From Candidatus Cloacimonadales bacterium (GTDB taxonomy: Bacteria > Cloacimonadota > Cloacimonadia > Cloacimonadales > JAFGVF01), in the NCBI GenBank assembly GCA_963663475.2, contig CAXXJV010000001.1, positions 832,001-896,000 on the forward strand: a DNA stretch of 64,000 bases, written 5' to 3'. The notes beneath the pieces are model-generated. The model saw nothing but the letters and a program-made list of their open reading frames with translations. It made no database searches and had not been told where the DNA came from. Each line of letters begins with the position of its first letter. Positions within the stretch are counted from its first letter, which is position 1. Below are positions 59,492-64,000 of the stretch, piece by piece. Both the position numbers and the translations under genes were made by a program.

Positions 59492-60567
59492 AGTTTTACC
59501 TCTCTATAAATAACATTCGTGATTTTTTCAAAGATCATTTTATAAGACTCACAAAAAATATCTTTACTATCTAAATCATTATGACCTATTAGTGCGTTAT
59601 AAGGGCATCCAGAGTAACATATATTAAAATAGTCACATTGAAGGCATTTAGATTTCAAAAAACTTCTGTTCTTTAAAGCTTGTTTTGTTCTATGTTTAAA
59701 AATATCTTTAAGAGTTGAGGTGTTGATATTCCCTAGTTTATACTCTTCTAGATAATCGAACCTATTACAAGGATAAATATCTCCATTACTACTTATTGAA
59801 ATAAAATAATCTTGGCATGAAACTGAATGATTACAACTACAGGGCTCAAATCTTTTGTAGCTGAGAATATTTTCGATAAACTGTTCAAAAGTAATAATAG
59901 TATTCTCAATATTTTTATCATTATACCAAAGATCAAATAAATCTATCATAAACTGACCAAAATCTAAAGGAGATATTGCAAAATTTTTATTATTAGATAT
60001 CAGAGGATTAAATTTCCAGTTAATATTATTTTCCTTAAAAAAATCATAAATAGCACTAACATTCTGTGAACTTTTTTTAGATATTACTGCAATTGTACCA
60101 AATCTAATTTTTTCTTTTTGTAGCAATTTAATATTTGAAAAGACAGACGAAAAAGAACCCTTACCATTTTTATCTATTCTATAAAAATCATGAATTTCTT
60201 GTGGGCCATCTATACTTAGCCCTAAATTAATCTCATTATCCTTTATTAGGTCAACCCACTCCTTATTAATAAGAGTAGCATTAGTCTGTATGCAATTATG
60301 GTATTTATCATTAGGTAATATTCGTTTTTGATAATTAATTATTTTTTGGAAGTTATCAATACCTGTCAATAATGGTTCTGAACCATGCCATATGAAACTT
60401 ATTGTATTGCCTTCTTTAATTAATTTGTTGGCTTCTGTAAAGATTTTATTACATACAGAAAGACTAATTAACTCCTTTGATGAAATTGAACTATTGTCAT
60501 AGCAATACAAACAGTTCAAATTGCATTTGTTAATTGGCTTTATTATTATTTCATAGTGATTATTCAT
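59488..60567 (-). CDS. Radical SAM protein with SPASM domain (anSME-like / peptide maturase)
   Basis: CNLNCLYC, WHGSEP, QTNATL, SIDGP..HD..R; SPASM cysteines C...C...GDIYPC...CLQC-N5-CYSGC...C. Confidence 0.92.
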   Translation of the reverse strand: MNNHYEIIIKPINKCNLNCLYCYDNSSISSKELISLSVCNKIFTEANKLIKEGNTISFIWHGSEPLLTGIDNFQKIINYQKRILPNDKYHNCIQTNATLINKEWVDLIKDNEINLGLSIDGPQEIHDFYRIDKNGKGSFSSVFSNIKLLQKEKIRFGTIAVISKKSSQNVSAIYDFFKENNINWKFNPLISNNKNFAISPLDFGQFMIDLFDLWYNDKNIENTIITFEQFIENILSYKRFEPCSCNHSVSCQDYFISISSNGDIYPCNRFDYLEEYKLGNINTSTLKDIFKHRTKQALKNRSFLKSKCLQCDYFNICYSGCPYNALIGHNDLDSKDIFCESYKMIFEKITNVIYREVKL

Positions 60568-60719
60568 AATTAGTCCTTTATTAATTGAACTGATTTCATT
60601 GCCTATCTTTAGTTTTTACTATAAATTATGGGTATGAGAATAGCATTAAGTTGATTAAGGATAAATCATTAGTTAGATAATTCTAAGCTGAACAATTCAA
60701 TCTTATTAGTAATCAATTG

Positions 60720-61380
60720 CTTCACCTTGTTGTTGGCCATCAACGTAATTTACTAATTATCTGTAGTCCTATCTTCATTGTACAATATTTCTTCACCTTG
60801 TTGTTGGCCATCAACGTAATAGGTTTTAAGCATTATATTTCCATAAAGAGAATATGTTATTGTCTCACCTTGTCTTCTGCCATCAACGTAATTGGCTTTA
60901 GTCCGTATATTCCCATTTTTATAATACGATATTTCTTCACCTTGTTTTTTGCCATCAACGTAATTGGCTTTAGTCCGTATATTCCCATTTTTATAATACG
61001 ATATTTCTTCACCTTGTTGTTGGTCATCTACGAAATTGGCTTTAACTTTTATACTTCCATCTTCATGATAAAAAATTACTTCACCTTGTTGTTGGTCATC
61101 TACGAAATTGGCTTTAACTTTTATACTTCCATCTTCATTATAGAAGGATGCTTCACCTTGTTGTTGGCCATCTACGAAATGGGCTTTACTTTCTATAGTC
61201 CCATCTATACGAAACCATATTACTTCACCTTGTAGTTTACCATCTACGTAATTGGCTTTACCCTCTATATCTCCTCCTCCATTATACCATATATTTTCAC
61301 CTTGTTTTTTACCATCTACGTAATTGGCTTTGGTCCATTTACCTCTACACTCAGAAAACGTAATTTCTTCGCCATGCTTA
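60720..61380 (-). repeat. Tandem array of ~72-bp units encoding MORN-variant repeats
   Basis: Unit anchor CTTCACCTTG (or variant) at 60720, 60791, 60863, 60935, 61007, 61079, 61151, 61223, 61295 and 61367. Confidence 0.9.
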
Positions 61381-61865
61381 ACTCCATTTTTGAAATCATT
61401 TTCCACGATATAACACTCCGAATAACAATCTGATTGATCCCAGAGAGCAATAGTACCATTGAGAGGTAAATGAGAAATTTTGTAGTAAATCCTTGTAGTA
61501 TCATCTTCAACATCTAGTATATCTTCAAATTCTGAATATTGTTCACTATAAATGTCCTTTATATCTAAAGGTTCTACATCCTTGAATTCTGAATTTTGTT
61601 TGCTATACAATAATCCCCAAGTAAAATCTTCTTGCCATAAACTACTGGCTGTTATTATACCATTTTTAACATCTAACTCATACATTAGAATCTCATTATC
61701 ATCATAGTGCTGTATTGTCCCAGTAAAGGGTTTATTCTCGTCATTTTTAATAACAAAAATATCTTCTTTTTCATAATAAGCTATCTCATCTGAGCTTATT
61801 GTCTTTTCACAACTGGTAAGTAAAAATACAAGCAAAATTAATAAAATTATCTTAAAGATTTTCAT
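60753..61865 (-). CDS. MORN-variant (YwqK-like) repeat lipoprotein
   Basis: AGGAG RBS, lipobox LTSC, KPFTG, and 24-aa repeats GEEISYYKNGNIRTKANYVDGKKQ. Confidence 0.88.
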   Translation of the reverse strand: MKIFKIILLILLVFLLTSCEKTISSDEIAYYEKEDIFVIKNDENKPFTGTIQHYDDNEILMYELDVKNGIITASSLWQEDFTWGLLYSKQNSEFKDVEPLDIKDIYSEQYSEFEDILDVEDDTTRIYYKISHLPLNGTIALWDQSDCYSECYIVENDFKNGVKHGEEITFSECRGKWTKANYVDGKKQGENIWYNGGGDIEGKANYVDGKLQGEVIWFRIDGTIESKAHFVDGQQQGEASFYNEDGSIKVKANFVDDQQQGEVIFYHEDGSIKVKANFVDDQQQGEEISYYKNGNIRTKANYVDGKKQGEEISYYKNGNIRTKANYVDGRRQGETITYSLYGNIMLKTYYVDGQQQGEEILYNEDRTTDN

Positions 61866-61988
61866 AACATCTCCTTATTACGCATTATCAAAAACATCCA
61901 CATCATTGTTATTAAGTACAAGTAGCTTAGTAGAATTTTATAGAAACAATTGCACTTTTCTTAAAATTCTTCAGAAACATTTAGGTTA

Positions 61989-62153
61989 AACCCAAATAAT
62001 GCAGTAGACCTTTGTGAACAGCACTATATTCTTCTGCAAAAGTAACTTCCATAATTTCTCCGAATATATAAAATATATGCGTCAAAATTCTGTAAGCTAT
62101 TTTGCTAGAATAATCTGCACTCTTCACTAAAGCTCTACTACACTATCTGGGTT
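61989..62153 (+). mobile_element. Family-B MITE-like element, full length
   Basis: AACCCAAATAATGCAGTAGACC...GCTCTACTACACTATCTGGGTT; the centre is identical to 32545-32710 over about 50 nt. Confidence 0.82.
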
Positions 62154-62168
62154 AAAAATATTTGTATA

Positions 62169-62549
62169 TTATTTATCTCGGTAAGCCAGTTTTCCTGATG
62201 AGCTTCTTTCAAGCCTATGTATTTGATGATTTTGCTTGATAGAAATAGAAATTAATTTATAAAAGGAGTTACTATAAGTAATATTAATTGTAGCTCCAAC
62301 TTGCAGTTGTTTACCTATATCGAAATTATGTATAGTTTTATAGGCAGTTAAAGTTTCATCAATTTCTTCAAGGCTAAATCCTTGATTAAGCATGATTGAT
62401 TGAAAAAACATTCCAGATTTTATTACTATACTTGTATCTATGATAGTTTGAGCTTTTTCTTGGCTTATTACTTCTTGCTTTTCTTTACACCCCAAAAAGA
62501 ACAAGAATATAGATAGGAATAGAACAAATAGCTTCATATTTTTTTTCAT
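62169..62549 (-). CDS. Small lipoprotein, possibly the N-terminal part of an M23 peptidase-like protein
   Basis: Lipobox FLGC; IKSGMFFQSIM...LQVGATI resembles the LysM/OapA-like region that precedes M23 domains. Confidence 0.45.
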   Translation of the reverse strand: MKKNMKLFVLFLSIFLFFLGCKEKQEVISQEKAQTIIDTSIVIKSGMFFQSIMLNQGFSLEEIDETLTAYKTIHNFDIGKQLQVGATINITYSNSFYKLISISIKQNHQIHRLERSSSGKLAYRDK

Positions 62550-63376
62550 TTTATTAACACCACAGGTTTATGTTTTTCTCCATCACAAGTATATCCTAAT
62601 TTTAGTAGATAATAGATAGTATTTGCTGGCAAATCTCTGAATTTAGCATTCAATATAGGACTTACCTGTTCAGAAAGAATTTCATTCATTGGTGATAAAG
62701 TAGGGTAAGTAGTCATTTCTATTTCATTAAATTTACTAACAAGTATTTCAGGATAAGAAACTTGAATATTTATGTTTTCAAAAACAATATCCATAAAAGT
62801 AGATATATAGACTAAGTCTTCATAATTTATGTTTGATTTTCTATAAAATGTCCCGATATTTATTGTATCAAGTTGGTAGTAATTAATCAAGTTAGTAATC
62901 ATAGTCTTGAATGTAACTAGTTTATCAATGATAGTATTTTTTTTGTTAGCATCTTCTTTTAATCGACTTAAGTCATTTTCAAGAGATAAAAAACTATTTT
63001 GACTCGATAAGCATAAGTTTTGAAGTTGATTTAAATCTTGTGATTGATCGAAAGATAAAAGCTTAGGTTTAACAAATTTTAAAAGAGACTTCACTGTAAA
63101 TTGAATACTAAACTCATTATTTTTTTTACGAAGTTTATCATTTTCTTCATTTATTTTCCTAAGAGATAGATTGTTTTCTTTGATAATTTTGTTAAGTTTC
63201 TTGCACTTTCTAATTTCAAAAATGTGGAATATAAGGATATTCAAAATTACTATTATTACAAGTGAGATTTCAATGATAAGTCCATAATTGAAATTGACAG
63301 TCATGAATTGTGAATATATTAGTAATAATAATACAAGAAGTAAGAGTGAGTTGATCGTCATCTCAAGTGTTTTCAT
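62546..63376 (-). CDS. Membrane-anchored coiled-coil protein with GrpE-like C-terminal beta motif
   Basis: Two N-terminal TM segments, coiled coil, C-terminal LLKLGYTCDGEKHKPVVLIK. Confidence 0.45.
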   Translation of the reverse strand: MKTLEMTINSLLLLVLLLLIYSQFMTVNFNYGLIIEISLVIIVILNILIFHIFEIRKCKKLNKIIKENNLSLRKINEENDKLRKKNNEFSIQFTVKSLLKFVKPKLLSFDQSQDLNQLQNLCLSSQNSFLSLENDLSRLKEDANKKNTIIDKLVTFKTMITNLINYYQLDTINIGTFYRKSNINYEDLVYISTFMDIVFENINIQVSYPEILVSKFNEIEMTTYPTLSPMNEILSEQVSPILNAKFRDLPANTIYYLLKLGYTCDGEKHKPVVLIK

Positions 63377-63384
63377 TTGTTCTC

Positions 63385-64000
63385 CTAAAAGTATGGCCAG
63401 AGTTTTTTACAGGTGTGTTCGTTCCAGATTTTCCCCGATAAAGGGCTAATAGAATAATCAGTATTTGCGACAGAGAAGGTATAATATAAATTATTATATT
63501 GCAATGAATTATTTATAATCTCTTGTCCCCGAATAGGATCGTTATTTATTGTTAAATCACCATCAATTGCTTTAAGACACAAATCGTAATTAGTATCATT
63601 ATTCAATTTCAGGTTATCTAAAGAAATATTTAAGATGTCATTTTTACATAAATCATTAGGGGTACATATTTTTATTGGATCGACAAAACCATCAGCTCTT
63701 GAAAAAATCAAAGAGAAGAGAGGTTTGTTTGGAGTAAGATAGTCCATAGCTCTATTAAAATATTCATAAGCTCCTTGGGCAGTGACTATTTTAGACTCAT
63801 CAGAGTAAATATCAAAATTTAGAGATTTTTTTAGACATTTTTTTAGACATTTTTTTAGAATTGTTTTTGGAGACCAAAATTTACCAAGTACCTCTTCTTT
63901 AATATTTTTAATCATTTGCTTTCTAAGCTCTGGTAACTTTATGCTACGTCCAGAAAGAATGATTCGGTCAATTTTATATGATTGAATACCTTCTAGGAAG
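63385..64000 (-). CDS. C-terminal part of an actin/Hsp70-fold ATPase (5'-partial, runs off the window)
   Basis: The frame is open upstream of ATG 63915 to the window edge and reads IDRIILSGRSIKLPELRKQM; downstream DESKIVTAQGA. These match the adenosine and connect-2 motifs of the fold. Confidence 0.65.
   Translation of the reverse strand, partial: FLEGIQSYKIDRIILSGRSIKLPELRKQMIKNIKEEVLGKFWSPKTILKKCLKKCLKKSLNFDIYSDESKIVTAQGAYEYFNRAMDYLTPNKPLFSLIFSRADGFVDPIKICTPNDLCKNDILNISLDNLKLNNDTNYDLCLKAIDGDLTINNDPIRGQEIINNSLQYNNLYYTFSVANTDYSISPLSGKIWNEHTCKKLWPYF

Noticed and set aside
59488-60567. Plain anaerobic sulfatase maturase call
   Set aside because: No sulfatase is in the window and the gene is translationally coupled to a repeat peptide. 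It is kept only as the alternative hypothesis.
60717-61235. 172-aa plus-strand repetitive hydrophobic ORF
   Set aside because: It is the antisense shadow of the MORN repeat array.
60720-61380. Regularly spaced repeats that look like a CRISPR array
   Set aside because: The period is 72 bp (24 codons), the apparent spacers are homologous to each other and in frame in a MORN lipoprotein, and no cas genes are present.
60753-61865. Diversity-generating retroelement target, or a YwqJK toxin-antitoxin pair
   Set aside because: There is no reverse transcriptase or separate template repeat, and no adjacent toxin gene. Tandem duplication explains the pattern.

Overview
AT-rich, gene-dense bacterial chromosome segment from a diderm (BamD, Omp85, TolC and CpoB-like genes). 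PorV/PorQ-like barrels, secreted proteases with PNP-type C-terminal sorting domains and a Na+-pumping acyl-CoA decarboxylase operon suggest an FCB-related anaerobe such as Candidatus Cloacimonadota (inference only). Positions 1-52.8 kb are mostly housekeeping and envelope genes (gpsA, WecA/MraY-like, pcrA, dxr, comEC, a TetR-TolC-RND efflux operon, an mmdA/D/C/B-like operon, glyQ, nadD, bamD, greA, chromate transporter pair, lepA), with an inserted HpaII-like restriction-modification pair. From 52.8 kb to the end is an accessory region rich in non-autonomous palindromic elements. It carries a membrane-anchorless FtsH-like protein, a MORN-repeat lipoprotein, an Hsp70/actin-fold gene cut by the window edge, and the best candidate for a new system: a radical SAM/SPASM gene translationally coupled to a 145-aa peptide with ten His-X-Asp motifs (putative multi-crosslinked RiPP). 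Also notable are an M6-family protease homologue whose HEXXH zinc motif is replaced, and at least four families of MITE/REP-like elements with no transposase in the window. No rRNA, tRNA or CRISPR array was seen. All calls come from reading the sequence; no database searches were run.
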